Assembly (NCBI RefSeq): GCF_009834535.1
Contig: NC_045696.1
Coordinates: forward strand, 77,688,001-77,752,000
Direction of reading: 5' to 3'
Source: Camelus ferus
Lineage: Eukaryota
DNA length: 64,000 bases
Within the stretch, counting starts at the first letter, position 1. Each line of letters starts with the position of its first letter. The position numbers and the translations under genes are program-made. Shown here piece after piece: positions 1-13,300 of this stretch. Below the pieces are notes generated by a model that saw nothing but the letters and a program-made list of their open reading frames with translations, was not told the DNA's origin and searched no databases.

Positions 1-491
1 TATAGTGCTGGAGTTCCTGAACAACTAATTGACTATGAATGCCTACTAAAATTCATTTTTCCAAGAGAACAACAATAACAAAACACCCAGCCTGTCTACT
101 GTATCCTTCTACCAGTGTTCAGCCAATATGTTCACAGCAAGGATTCATTACTGCTCTCAGGAATGTGTCTTGTATACGTACCCGTTTATTTTATTTTATG
201 ATTTATTTTTTGACTTCTTAAACATGCTTTCATTGCTAGAAATCAAATAGTTTCCCTATTAAAAAGAAATTTATTTTTTAAAAATAAAGAGATCACGGTG
301 CAAATGGATTAACTTTTAACTTTACACTGGACTGGTCATGTTTGCTATTATCTATTGGAATAAATGAAAATTTACAGAATATGAACTCAAGTTAGAGAGA
401 TTTATTATTTATTCATAGCAGATTTACCTGAATATATTTATTTGAATTTATTTCTTTAACTCACCAAGAGAACTTCTAGACATATATTTCT

Positions 492-561
492 TCTTTTTTT
501 AATTGGAGTATAAGTCAGTTACAGTGTGTCAGTTTCTCATGTACAGCACAATGTCCCAGTC
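492..561 (-). mobile_element. Very short 5'-truncated L1 3' tail (camelid/cetartiodactyl type)
   Basis: Reverse complement reads gactgggacattgtgctgtacatgagaaactgacacactgtaactgacttatactccaattaaaaaaaa. TSD ctagacatatatttct (476-491) / ctggacatttatttct (561-576). Confidence 0.8.
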
Positions 562-962
562 TGGACATTTATTTCTAACAAGTTTTATTTAATTCCTACA
601 AACCCCTGTATAAAACACATTTCTTCATGGTGATGTTTTTATACAGCATTTATTTGTTATTATTAAATAACTGATATCATTATAGCTTCCTAAAATAGTT
701 GAAATTTTGGAAAAAAGTTTGTCATAGGCAGAAGATTCAGCTTTATAAAGATCAGAGAAAAATGATAATATATGTAATATTCTTCATCAGTGGAGTTAAT
801 AAAACATATTAATTTGTTGGTTTGAGAATACAAATAGACATTATATGTAATACAGCACATGTCATTCATAGAATTATCAGAGATTGCTATATCTAATACA
901 CATTTTAGTTGGAATAAGCTTAGTTTTATGAGTTACTGTATTACAAAGATATACACCCTAAA

Positions 963-1139
963 CAATGAGTTTCTGCTGTACAACACAGGGAACTATATTC
1001 AGTATCTAGCAGTAACCTATAATGAAAAAGAATATGAAAAGGAATATATGTATATATGTGTGTGATTGAAACATTATGCTATATACCAGAAATTACACAA
1101 CACTGTAAACTAACTATACTTCAATAAAAAAAGAAAAAA
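963..1139 (+). mobile_element. L1 3' end fragment (cetartiodactyl type)
   Basis: cacagggaactatattcagtatc...gaaaaagaatatgaaaaggaatatatg...tatacttcaataaaaaaa, homologous to the tail of the L1 at 48215-49548. Confidence 0.85.
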
Positions 1140-2496
1140 TGCATGACAAAATTCTGAATTTAAATAAAAATAAGACATGCACACTAAAGTAAATTTGAAA
1201 AATACAGAGAAGTGAAAAGAAAAAGCATTATACAGTTCCTCACAACCTTCATTTGTATATTTACCTCAGTTTCTTTATTCAATAGTTATAAACATGTTTT
1301 GTGCTTAATATTGTTTAAATTTCAATTTAAAATTTTATTTCCCTTTACAGAGTCATAATTTTATCAGAAATAGATGCCTAAATCAATGGACTTTAAATAA
1401 CTCAGCATTTTCACAGTTCATCACTAAAAGGTAAAACATTAGAAACAGAATTAAATGCCCATAATTAATTGCCAATAACCACTCATATTCCTCTACTCTT
1501 TTTTCCCTAGTCAACTGACAAAACAACTCTACGTGACAGGAACCACAACATATGTATTTCATGTACCAATCTAACATCTGGCTTTGATTTAACATTCCTA
1601 ATACTTTCCCTTTGGTTAACTTTTCATGTCCATTTTTTCCTACTTTTAATTTCATTTTTTTGGATTATATATATTTTTATACTCTTTTATTATTTCTCGG
1701 AAAAGGTAGGGAATACAGGCATACATAGGGTTGCCTTTTGAGTTCGTTTCTTAATTTGGTACGAAATATGGAAAATCTTGAAGAAGACAATAAAAATGAT
1801 TCAGTGACTTTGCCAAGAGGAACCTGTTAGTTCATTAACTTGATTTCAAAAAGTATTCCTAATCTAAATCGTAACAGATTATCTGTATCCTATTTTTATA
1901 AACACAAAACTCTCAAGGGCTGCTTTGTTTTGTGGGGTCAGAGCCATTGTTTTCTGTTTTATTATGCTTTAGGAATCCAGTCTACTGCAGTGGATGTAGG
2001 ACAATGATTCAGATATATCTTTTTGAAAAAGTGGATGTTTCTTCCAGGACTGGCTCTATTTCTCACCCCTTAGTGTTGCCTATCTTTCAATGTCAACAAT
2101 TTATCCACCAACCTCTAGACTGAATCCTACAAGGCAATATCAAATCATCTTTAAATTATCTCTTCTTTTCTTAAAATAAGAATATTTATTGAAATTACCA
2201 GTGAAGATAAAGTATAATGTGCTGACAAATTAGGTAAACTTAGGTTAAAATCTTATTTTTTGAAAAGGAAGGCTTCAGAAGTTTTTCTGTGAAAAAAGAA
2301 AAATCCCTCTACTTTGCCAAGAATGTTTCTTTTTTATTTCAGCTCTTAATGTTTCCATCCTACATGAAACCACCTATCATAAAAGTTAAATGTGGCAATG
2401 TAGCTTATCAGTCTCTTTCCTACTATACACTATAGTAACAGTGTATATTAAGTATATCTTATGCTTCAAAAAACAGAACTCCACCTCTGGCTACCA

Positions 2497-3206
2497 GGTA
2501 GTAAAAAAATTAACTTTGCCTAAACAGAGGTCCAGCCTTTGCCCTTGGCTCCTGGTAGGTAATATCTAAGTCCATAGAATGTCAGGCCTCAAAAGAGTGT
2601 CTTTGGTTGGGAGCCTTGGTCATACCACGTCATCTAACAATGTGAATTAGGGTGGGAGTTGTGCCTATGAGATAGTCTAACAATGTGATTTAGGGTGGTG
2701 ATTCTAAATTCATGCTATCATCTTAACCTCTGGAGGAGCTGGAGATGACATCAACAACACTGGCAAATCAACCTTGTCCAAGTGATAAAGCCTCAGCAGA
2801 ATCTCTGGACACTGGGGGTTGGGGGAGCTTTCCTGGTGGGTGGTACTCCATGTATTTTCTCACACCTCAGTTGCTGGGAAAGGTAGCACTCTCCATGACT
2901 CTAGTGGGAGAGGACAGCAGGAAGCCCTCACTTGGAAATGCCATGGACCCTGCTCCATGCCTCCTATTCTCTTGGCTAATTTTAATCTGTATCCTTTCAC
3001 TGTCATAAACTTTAACTGTGTGTATAACTGCAAGTGAAACTGCTTTTAGTGAGTTCTATGAGTCTTCTAGATAATTATTAAACCTGAAATTGGCCTTGGG
3101 GACTCCCAAACATATGATTAGTGTCAGAGGTGAGAGGGATACTGGGGTCCTCAAATTTGAAATTGGTGTCAGAAGTGAGGGAGACCTACTGGACTGCTCG
3201 CTGACA
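2497..3206 (+). mobile_element. Solo LTR, MER21-like (ERVL class)
   Basis: Begins gtagtaaaaaaattaactttgcctaaacagaggtccagcctttgcccttggctcctgg and contains the repeated gtgtcagaagtgaggg end motif typical of MER21; ends in tgaca. Confidence 0.75.
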
Positions 3207-3279
3207 TTGTATTCCTCCCTCCAAAAAATGGACTTTAACAAGAATTATTAGCAAATATTAATAAAAAAATTTCAAAAAC

Positions 3280-3702
3280 AGGGGGATTTTAGGCTTATTT
3301 TGTTCCCATAATTCAATGATGGCACCAAAGACTAATTTTTCCCCCATATTTCCACTTTTGCTCCAATTTCTTAGCTTCCTCCTAGGCCTCAGTTTTCTTC
3401 ATGTCTACGAGATGGCTAAAAGCCTCCTAATACAGATCCAGAGAGAGGCAAAGTCTTTTCCTCCCCACTACTGGACTTCCAACCACAAATAAAATTCTGA
3501 TTATTCCTACTTGGGTCACAGTAACTTTCTTTAGAAATAAAATCACCATGGCCAGTGCAGTGCCCTACCTTCACTAGGTTAGATCAAACTGATCTGTAAC
3601 TAAAGTAAATTAAGGGATCAGTTGTATGGAAACCTCATGATGATACACAAGGGGTGTGGAGTGAAATGAATACTGGAGAGAGGTAATCACAATGTCCACT
3701 AT
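3280..3702 (-). mobile_element. Degenerate MaLR LTR (old MLT1-like)
   Basis: Contains motifs tctgatt...cttgggtcac, caccatggccag and a terminal aatgtccactata resembling reversed MLT1. Confidence 0.4.
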
Positions 3703-4179
3703 AGAATCCCACTGCTCATCAAAAACTCATTTATGAACAAAGACAGTTAGCTTCAATTTTAGTAAACTTTCACTTTTAGGCCCAACCTCTATTTCTTTCA
3801 ACATGTAATTGAGACTAATTTATAGTTTAGGAGACAACAAACTAGGAAAACAAGAGAAACCCTATATGAACATGGCAAATTAGATCACAATAGGTAAGTT
3901 CTGGAAATCACAGAAAAGTAACAATGAGGCAAAACAAGCAAGCAAACAAAAAACCTATGAACATCATTTTCAGAAAATTCCTGGAGACAGATCAAATTTT
4001 CGAAAAATTCACGTAAGGGCAACCAAACATGAGATCAGGCAGAAGTTACACAGAAATAAAAGAAAACTAGGAAGAGAAGTAAAAGGCCCCCGTAGCATAT
4101 CTCAGAAAGTAGCAGCAAAATACAATTCCTAAAAGTGAGGTTTGACTTAGAATGCATGAGCTGTATCTTTTAACTAGCA

Positions 4180-5230
4180 GAAAATTCCAGTACTGATAAA
4201 CTATTAAACTATTTCATAGCATACATAAAAAAGGAAAACTCTCAATTATTTTTATGATACAAATTCTACATTGATCCTAAACCTTAAAAAGATTGTATTA
4301 TAAAAATTCAAGCCACTCTAATTGATGAATGTTACTGCAAAAATCCTAACATATTAGCAAACAGTATCATATGTAATGAGGATGCACTAAAGGCAGTCAC
4401 AATGAAATAAGAAATAGATCAAAAGGTATAGCATCAGTACTGTTATTTTTATATTTCATGTAGGTTTCAGCCTATACAATTAGGAAAGAAATATAAATTA
4501 GCGATGTAAAAATTGATGAGAGAAATAGAGGATAAGGTTTTAAACTAGGAAAACCCAGTATCAAATTTAAAAAAAAATTATAAAAGAATTTCAGTAGCAC
4601 CTTTGGTTATCAAATTAATAGTTCCATAAGATATGAAACGCTGTAGAGACAAATTATATATATGTAACATATACATAGAACAATCATGTATAAAAATATA
4701 TTGTATATAGAGACCACAACTAATCATAGTATGTAATGAAAGTAATGACCGTCTATAATAGGAAAGAAAAAATACCCAGGGATAAATTTAACAAGAAATG
4801 TACAGTATCTATATGAAGATAACTCAAAAATTTTACTGAAGGATACAAAAGAAGACTTCAACTCAATGAACGATATGCCATGTTCTCATGAAAAAAAAAT
4901 TGCATAAAAATGGCACCTTTTCAATCTAAGGTAACAGAAGATATCAGGTGCCACCAATAAAATAATTTAAAAGTTGGTTCTGTTTTTGCTTTTATAGAAC
5001 TAGGTGTGCTGATTTTCAAGTTCATTAAAAAGCAAAAGCAAATGAGCCAGGCAAACACTGAAAGATGAAGACACTACATAGAGATTAGTTTTACTAGATA
5101 TTAAAACCTGTTACAAAGGCTCAATATTTTAAAATGTTAAGTGGATGAGAACTAAAAATACAAAAATTGCCATATTTTTAGACACCCACATAACCTTTTA
5201 TTAAATGATAAAGGTAGTATCTTAATCTAG
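4180..5230 (+). mobile_element. Ancient L1 (L1M) ORF2 fragment
   Basis: A-rich L1 ORF2-like motifs: aaaatcctaacatattagcaaac, aaatacccaggataaatttaacaagaaatgtacag, gatatgccatgttctcatg. Confidence 0.7.
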
Positions 5231-5954
5231 TGTAATGTCTTACGTTTTAAACAGCCAAGTCAGCAAGGTTTCTTTTTTTCTACTCCCTAGTATTCTTGTC
5301 TCTAGACAAATGAAGTTGTCTAAATCTGGTAACATTTCAGAATAACCTGGAAATTAAGAGAGAAAGAGACCAATTTTTCCAAGACATTGGAGTAGGTCTG
5401 AAGTGTGGCCCAGGAAGCTACATTAAAATGCTTCCCATGGAAGATGCATTCTTCGTGGGAATGGAGAAAGAGATACAGGTACAGAACTGTACATCTGTTA
5501 AGGTACTGCTAAATTATTCAGAGAAAAATAATGGTAATTCTCTTAGGTCTCTATCTATGACCCAGTCCATATTGTGGATTAGAGTCTCTTAAGTTATGTA
5601 GCTATAAAGTCTTCTGTATCTCAGGATCTTATATTTTCCATTTCACATTTTAACAAGTTGAAATATTTGGCCCTCCATTTGGTATTTGCCTTAAAGTTAG
5701 TAGGTCATTTCCCCCACCGAGATTGGTCATTTTTATCTGCAAGCACTGGTTCGAGGGAAGGCAACATTAAAACCTTCATGTCAAGAACGAGAACACGGAA
5801 GCACACTAAGTGCAACGGATCCTTGGGATTCACTCTTTGAAAGCTGTTCATAAGGTAGAGATTTTCCAAATAAACTATAGGACATGAGTCCAGAATATGC
5901 ATTTTTACTCTCTTTATATTGCTTATCTATTTACTTTGAAGTTGAGAGAAGGAA

Positions 5955-6170
5955 GCTGTATCATAGTGTATCAGTGAGCTTTAGAGTCAATTTGGCTTGA
6001 GTACCAATCTATGTACAAAATGTGGGCAAGTACCTTAACTCCTCTAACCCTCAATCTCATTTGCTAAATGTAGATAATAATATTTATTACAGAAATGTTT
6101 TAAAGATTAAATAAATAATGTATGTAAAGTAGCATAATTCAGAGCAGTAACTCAATAAATGTAATTATTA
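5955..6170 (+). mobile_element. MIR SINE
   Basis: Core gggcaagtaccttaactcctctaaccctcaatctcatttgctaaatgtagataataat...ctcaataaatgt. Confidence 0.7.
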
Positions 6171-7579
6171 CAAAGTAATTCAAGCACAAGTATAAAGGGA
6201 TATTTCAAAGGCAACTGGTCGATCAATAATGGGACTTTCTCAAATATGAGAGCTAAGATCTTGAAAAATTACTAGCAAAAAAGAACTGACAGTGGAAGTA
6301 TTTAAGATCTTACGGAGAAAATAGAGTTTGAGGGCTACTGATGACAAGGAAATCCATAAAAACCCTTATTGCTATTTTCACACTAAAATAAAACAATAAA
6401 GACAGCTTGTTAAATAAAATGCTATGACTAATGCTTTCATATACCCTAAATTATTAATGAATAACTACCATTTATCATCATTCAGTTGCGAGAAGCTCTT
6501 CTCAACCTCCTCCCTCTGTAATTCCAAAGAGATTTTTAAACCTCCATCTTCTGAATTTCAGAGAATGTGTATATTGAGAGACTCCCAACCTCCCTCTACC
6601 TAAATGTTCACTATCACTCTGATTTCATGATTCAGGATCCTCACTGAATCCTGTCCCCTAGTTTTCATCACAATCCAGAAAGCAATGTAATTTGAATGGT
6701 TGAGATGAAACAAAACACAAAAACAGCAACAATAACAATTGGGGGTGATTTTTAACAAGCATGTTTAAAGTATGTTTGGTATAACCAATAGATTTTCTCA
6801 AGTTTGCTGCATAATAGTAATATAGTCATCATACATGCTTTATGACCCTCTTGCAATTTATCTCCTTCAATTCTTAATCAATGTGGAAATATAGATCAAA
6901 GGCCCGGGATATTATTCCTCCCCTTCCTTCATCTCTTTAAAGGCACAACACTCCTTGTCTGTGTCTTACCGTTTATACTCACAGTCACATGTTTAATTTG
7001 TCAGTCACCCACACACAAGTCACTGTAGGAATTCTGGAATAAAAATTCTCCCAGGTCCCATGAAGGACTACAGAATCAAACCACCTATGTATATTTATAC
7101 AGTCAATATATCTGTATTCTCTAAGTATTTTGTGTACATACGAAAATTCCTTCCAAGCATAATTCTCAGTACAGAAAGTATTACTAAAGCCCAGAGGTTT
7201 TTTGAAGGGTATTTCAATATATTTGCTTAATAATGCAGTTAAATCCAGTCAGTAATAATTCCAAAGACGATATTTAGAATTTTTTTTTAAAGGAAGCTAA
7301 AGGTGATAGAAGAAGAAGAGGGTATAAATACTCTTGGAATGTAGCTAATAATGCCCACTGGGTAAAAAGGCATCTCATAGTTGCAGGTTCTTTTAGCCTG
7401 AAGCATGTGGAGGTTTTGAAAAAGGCCACAGTAAAGTATACTCATCTCAGAACAAATCTCTAAATATCAGGGACCAGCACAACTTTCCTCATCAAGAGAA
7501 AAGGAAACATTAGGCCCATTAATCCTGCAAATTGCATTAAGTTGCAGCAGGTTTCATTAGGAATGCTTACAGAAGGTGG

Positions 7580-8180
7580 GGAGAAAGAGTCTTCATTTAG
7601 CAGACAACCACATGATAGGTATGGCTTGATCAACCATATATTTGAAGTCATTTGTGAGGATTCTGGTTCCAGGTCAAAAACCTTTGTGTGATTTTTCAGG
7701 CCCAATCCTAGGCAACTTGCAAAGACTTTCCTGGCAGGCCTCACGGGGGAAGCTGCCCTCCCCACAGGAGACATGGTGCATGGCCAGTGTGTGGCTGTCC
7801 CCAAAGGGAGTTGCACTCAAGGTCTCAGGCCCCCTTGCCAGTCACACTCTTCACATGCTTCCATTCTTAGACCAGATGCCTTTACTCCTTGGCCTCTTTA
7901 TCTGAGGCTTTGGGAACAGATCTTTTTCAAGAGACTTTGCTGAGGACTACTTGTTGGGAGCAGGGATAGGGAGAGAGAAAGGAGAAAACTTGAAAACACT
8001 TTCCCTTACTCTAAGTGCCCAGTGTTTTCCACTCTCAGCCTGCCCCTCTTCTTGACCCCAAGGTCCATCAGAATGCCCGAGCCTTCTGTTCTGGGCCCCC
8101 TCAACAGTGAGACCACCCCTACGCCTGTGCTGACGTGACTGCATAGTGACCAATGCCCTCTTCCATGGAGGAAAATGGAA
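7580..8180 (-). mobile_element. ERVL-type LTR relic (MER54/MER74-like)
   Basis: Locally GC-richer block. Minus-strand cagcaaagtctcttgaaaaagatctg...cagataaagaggccaagg resembles this LTR group. Confidence 0.45.
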
Positions 8181-9529
8181 CAGGGCAGTCAGCTCCCTCT
8201 CTGGTTTTAGACTCTTACTAGTATCATCATGGTAAGTGATTAAATACTTAAGTCTTTTGATTTTAGCTTGGTGAATTAACTGGCTGCTCTAACACTTAAC
8301 AGTTCAGCTCTGTCTCTCCCATTTTAGCTAAGCTCCTAACACTATGCTGTCTTCGATATTGCTCACTAACCTTGCTTTTTATGCAACACAAAAATACAGT
8401 TAACCTCTCAAAATGATGTCTAATTTCTCACTCGAAAAAGTAGCACCTATCGAGAAAGTAAATACTGAGGAAGACCCATTGTTTAGGCTAGTCTGACAGC
8501 ATCAACAAGAAGTTTTTATTAATTTCTCATCCAGAGGAATCCAAAGGGTCTTTGTGATGTAGTTTATTTCATTCTACTTAGCAAAGCTTTCATACAGGAT
8601 CTTAACTGTAGAATTCCTAAACACCCATAAAACTAATGTGTGCTATGAGACTATTTGTTGCTCTTCAAAGTTATATGTAACAAATACTGAGGAGGTTGGG
8701 TGGTGCATGGAAAGAGTATATGCTCTGGACCCAAAGTTCTGACTCTTGTTATTTGTTAGACCCACAATCCAGGACCAGCCAGTAATCTCTTCTGACTCAA
8801 CCTGCATCAAAGGTTGTTAGTCAGACTAGATGGAGCTGCTACGTAAACTGCAATGCGTTCTCATCAGAATTTCTGATACTTATGAAGATAAGCATAAACA
8901 ATAACATATTTAGTGGCTATTAGCAAAGTGCATTTGATCTCTTTAGGCCACAGGGGCATAATATCTACCTCACAGATATTTTATCAGATTAAAAATGCTA
9001 ATATATGTGGTACTTGGAATAGTGAATAGAATACAGCTCATTATGCTCCAGGTATTGATCATTACACAATCATCATCACCCTCATCATAAAAAAGATTAT
9101 GATTAGATTTATAATTATAGATTAATAAATTATTTTTTCTTTTCTAAGCCTCTAGAAATTTTACAATCAGATCATTATCATACTTCTAAGCACAGCTTAC
9201 CCTTCTAGAAAATACTATATTGTTCAAAATATTTTTGAAGCATGCTACCATGAAAAAGTCTTCATAATCCATAAGTTGGAAAGTTATTTTATTTCACTCT
9301 AAAAATCGTAATTTACAATATCCAACTTTATCATCTGCTTTATTTACCAATTATTTATTTTGTAAGAAATTATCTGTTTTATTTACCAAATGACAATTAT
9401 TTATTTATTCCAGATCACTTGTTATTGTTTTTAGAGTCAGATTCACCATTGGAAGATACCAGTTTTCTACTATATAGGAGTTTATGACAGTTTCATTAAA
9501 GAGCATTTTTCTTTGGCATAGAACAAATC

Positions 9530-9730
9530 ATTTAACTAGAATGAGATTCAAATTCTAGCTCTGCCAACTCATAACTTTGTAACTTAGACAATTTGCTTTA
9601 ACTCTAAGATTTGACTTCCTCATATGAAATAGGAATAATAAAGGTTTAAATGCCTTTAGAGTGAGATTAAATAAGATACTAAGCACAGAAAATGTAGAAG
9701 ACAACTTGTGCATAGTGAACACCATGCAAA
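9530..9730 (+). mobile_element. MIR SINE
   Basis: gattcaaattctagctctgccaactcataactttgtaacttagacaatttgctttaactct...ttcctcatatgaaataggaataata. Confidence 0.7.
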
Positions 9731-10434
9731 TGCATTGCAGTTTTTTTTGATTACTTCTGTTTTATTTTGGCTTTTCTGCAAACTTGGACATTTTAAAAGT
9801 TAAGATATGTTTAAACATACATATTTTACAAATAGTCATGAGAAAACTGATTTTTAATTTTTTTTTTTTTTGAGCAAGGATGACCAGGGCAGTCATTTGA
9901 AACTATTTGTTATATAAATCTTCATAAAGGAAATAATCTAAAACTAAGAATAAAATTATATTATTTAATCAAGATTGAACTTGTGATACTTTACAAAAAT
10001 TATAGTTAATATGTATATATGAAAATATCTACTAATATTCACAGCAGGGAAGTTTCATTAAAATATAATTTAAACCTATCTTTACTTGCTTATTGTTGCC
10101 TCTAATATTTTGGTTGCCTTTAAATATTTGAACATTTAATGTCCATTTGTCAATGGAAAAAAAAATTTGAAGTCTGCAAGTAACTTTGACCAGGGCCTCT
10201 CTTACATTTTATAAGATGGTCTATTTCCAAATCTGGAGTAATCTCCACACCTAATTTCCACAACTACAGTTTATTTTATTACAGCATGACAACACTCAAG
10301 ACGTTTTTAATCGGTCTTCAATAGGGTTTGTTGAGGAAGAACCATTAAAACATCTCAGAAAAATGGGACAGAATCTTGTGGAGGAAAAGCAGCTAAGATC
10401 AAGGAATGCAGAAATGGTGGTTGGAGCAATTATA

Positions 10435-11055
10435 TGTTGTGGTTTATGTGTCATCTTGACTGGGTCACAGGGTTACCAGATATTTGGTCAAATATTATTC
10501 TTGGTGTGTCCGTAAGGGTGGTTTTGCATGAGATTAAGGTTATAAGCATACTAAGTAAAGCAGACTGCCCTCTCTAATGTGAGTGGGCCTCATCCAATCC
10601 ATTCAAGGCCTGATCAGAAGGAAAAGGCTGACCCTACTGAGTAACAGAGGATTCTTTCCTGTCTGACTGCCTTTGTCCTGAGACATCAGCACTTCCTGCC
10701 TTTACACTTGAACCAAAACATCAGGCCTCAAGTCTGCTGCCCTTTGGATGGGAACTACACCGCCAGCTCTCCTGGTCCTCAGGCTTTCAGACTCAAGACT
10801 GAACTAAACCATCAGTTTTCCTGGATCAAAACCCAGAAAACTCACACAGTAGGTCTGGAGACTTCTTCACCTCCATAATTCTGTAAGCCAATATCTTATA
10901 ATAAATCTGTCTCTCACACACTCTCTCTCTCATTCTTTCTCTCCTTCTTTTAGACCTATCTATCTAATCTTTATATTCTTTCTTTGATAAATAACCAAAT
11001 ATAATGCTGATAAATGATTGGATTATTGTTTGCCTTGAAAATATTTGGCTATGCA
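10435..11055 (+). mobile_element. Solo LTR, MLT2-type (ERVL)
   Basis: tgtggtttatgtgtcatcttgactgggtcacagggttaccagatatttggtcaaatattattcttggtgtgtc...taaagcagactgccctctctaatgtgagtgggcctcatccaatcc; poly(A) signal at about 10900 followed by a CT-rich tract. Confidence 0.85.
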
Positions 11056-13074
11056 GACAAAGCCATTGGTTATACCTCATGCTTTCAGTTTTATTTCCTG
11101 GAAAACTAAACTCTCATAATTGTCTGGCCTTCCTGGCAACATTCCATTCAGCTAAATTCCAGCAAACACAAAGGTATTATCCCCGGCTTGTTGATTTTTA
11201 TACTGATTTACTTGCGATCTCTCTTTTTGATTTTGTTATGTTTCCCCAAGAGCATTACATATTCAGCTCATATAATAATAGCTAGGATAAATAAACTGTG
11301 GATGTTTTTTTCTCATAAAATAATAAGGATGCCTTCTGGAATTTTCAAGATACAAATTATGACAAGTAGCTGAAATTTACAGAAATATCAATCAATGCAT
11401 TTCTAATTCCTAGCCCTCTAGTTCATTGGCCGATGTAAATGCCTATTTAAAAAGATAACGAACTAAAAATAATGAACACTGATTTTTAAAGAAATTCTTT
11501 AAGTCCCCATGCCTTTTAAAATGTCACCTTTAAATTATTTTTGTGTTATATTTTCAAAGCTGCATTTTTTGTCATTGTCTCCACTCTATTCTGGAACTTG
11601 TTTTGGATAGATATTAAAGTTCTGCAATTTACCATAACTGCTCAATTATATTTATTATATCTTCATCTATCAGTGCTATATTCTAGATCAATGCCTCAGT
11701 GAAAATGTCCAATTTATTAATTCTTTCTGCAACAGTGTCTACTCAAATACAAAGTCTATTGAACTTTTAACATTTCTGTGACTTATTTATATTTTCAAGC
11801 TTTATAAGTGCTGTTTTCCTATTAATTTACTGTAATTCATTTGTTTCTTGAATTTAGAAAAAACACATAGTATAAAGGTAAGTAATATTTTTTCAATACA
11901 GAATTTATATTCTAAACGTTTTTCAGCTGTATTCCTCATAAACAGGAATTCTGAAATTTAAAAATTTCTTTCTTCTCATTTAGAATTTGAGTTTCTAGCA
12001 TGAAGTTTATTTGAGTGATGATCGGTTTTGATTTTATTTTTTTCTCTCCTTCTGATGATTTATCCCTGTCCAGTGATATTATAGGTGGTGCCAGATAAAC
12101 CTGACCTGAAGTTATGATGACATTTTGGCACGTGTGCCCCATAAAGTTATTGAAAAATCAATCTTGGATTTAGTGTCTAAGCTAACAGATAATTTGGTTC
12201 AATTACTAACTTCTTCAGGCTTACAGCTGATGGAAAGTTATAACTACAGATGAAAATGGCAACAGGGTTTATTCTTTTAACATAATTTCACTTGGAATGG
12301 AACTCCACATCAGGCCCTGCCTTCAAACACTGAGTCAGGTTTTGATCCCTTCCAAGAGCTGCACCTTCAAACCTTTACACGTCATGGGAGATGCACACTA
12401 TACCCTTATTACTAATGCAAAGAAACTGACTTTTTAGTTTGGGAAACCATTTCATATTTTATCTGATGTTGCGTGTTTGGAATAAAGGAATCAATAAAAT
12501 GAAAACTGAGCCATTGTAAACAAAAGTATTGAGTCCCTTTGTAACATTTCTTTTAGAATAATCTCAGAAAGCAGACACATGTGCACGGACAGCCTTAAGA
12601 TTTTATAATAAAAACTTGTATGAGTTTTGAATAAGGAAATATCTTACTATAGATCACTTAGCTTATTATGGTGCTAAAACTATTATATTTAAATTCTAAT
12701 ATTTAGAGAGTGTGACGTGGTTTGAACTAAACCAATTATTTCATTAAAATTAGAAATGCTCTGAAGAATATTATAAATGAGATTTCTGTGAGCCATAAAA
12801 ATTTTGTAAGCTTCAGACTATAACTGACTTGATATATCCAGCATAAATTACACTCATTTTGCAAATAATGTTTATCCATTTAAAAGGTATTATAAACAAT
12901 TCTCCAATCTGCTGTGATATACCATACTACCAAAGTGTAAAAAAAAAAAAAAATCATACAAATTGAGAATGAAAAACAAATTTAGATAAAGATTATAAAG
13001 TATGTTCTTTATTGAACAGTCAATGATACATGAATATTACATAATGTGATTCTTGTACAGAAAAGAAATTCAAG

Positions 13075-13300
13075 CTAGTGAGTAAAGACCTTGGTTCTGG
13101 AATCTGACAGGCCTGGATGTGAATTTAGGCTTGGACATTTACTAGCTGTGTGGCCTTGGCTCCGAAATGTGGCAATGTTTAACCTCAGGTCCCTTGTTTG
13201 TAATATAGGAATAATGGTCATATCTACTCACAAGAGTATTACACGGGCTGAACAGGATCAAGTGTAAGGAGCACATAACATGGTGCTTGGCACAAGGTCA
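13075..13300 (+). mobile_element. MIR SINE
   Basis: tctggaatctgacaggcctggatgtgaatttaggc...actagctgtgtggccttgg...tgtaatataggaataatggtcatatctactcacaagag...tggtgcttggcaca. Confidence 0.75.
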
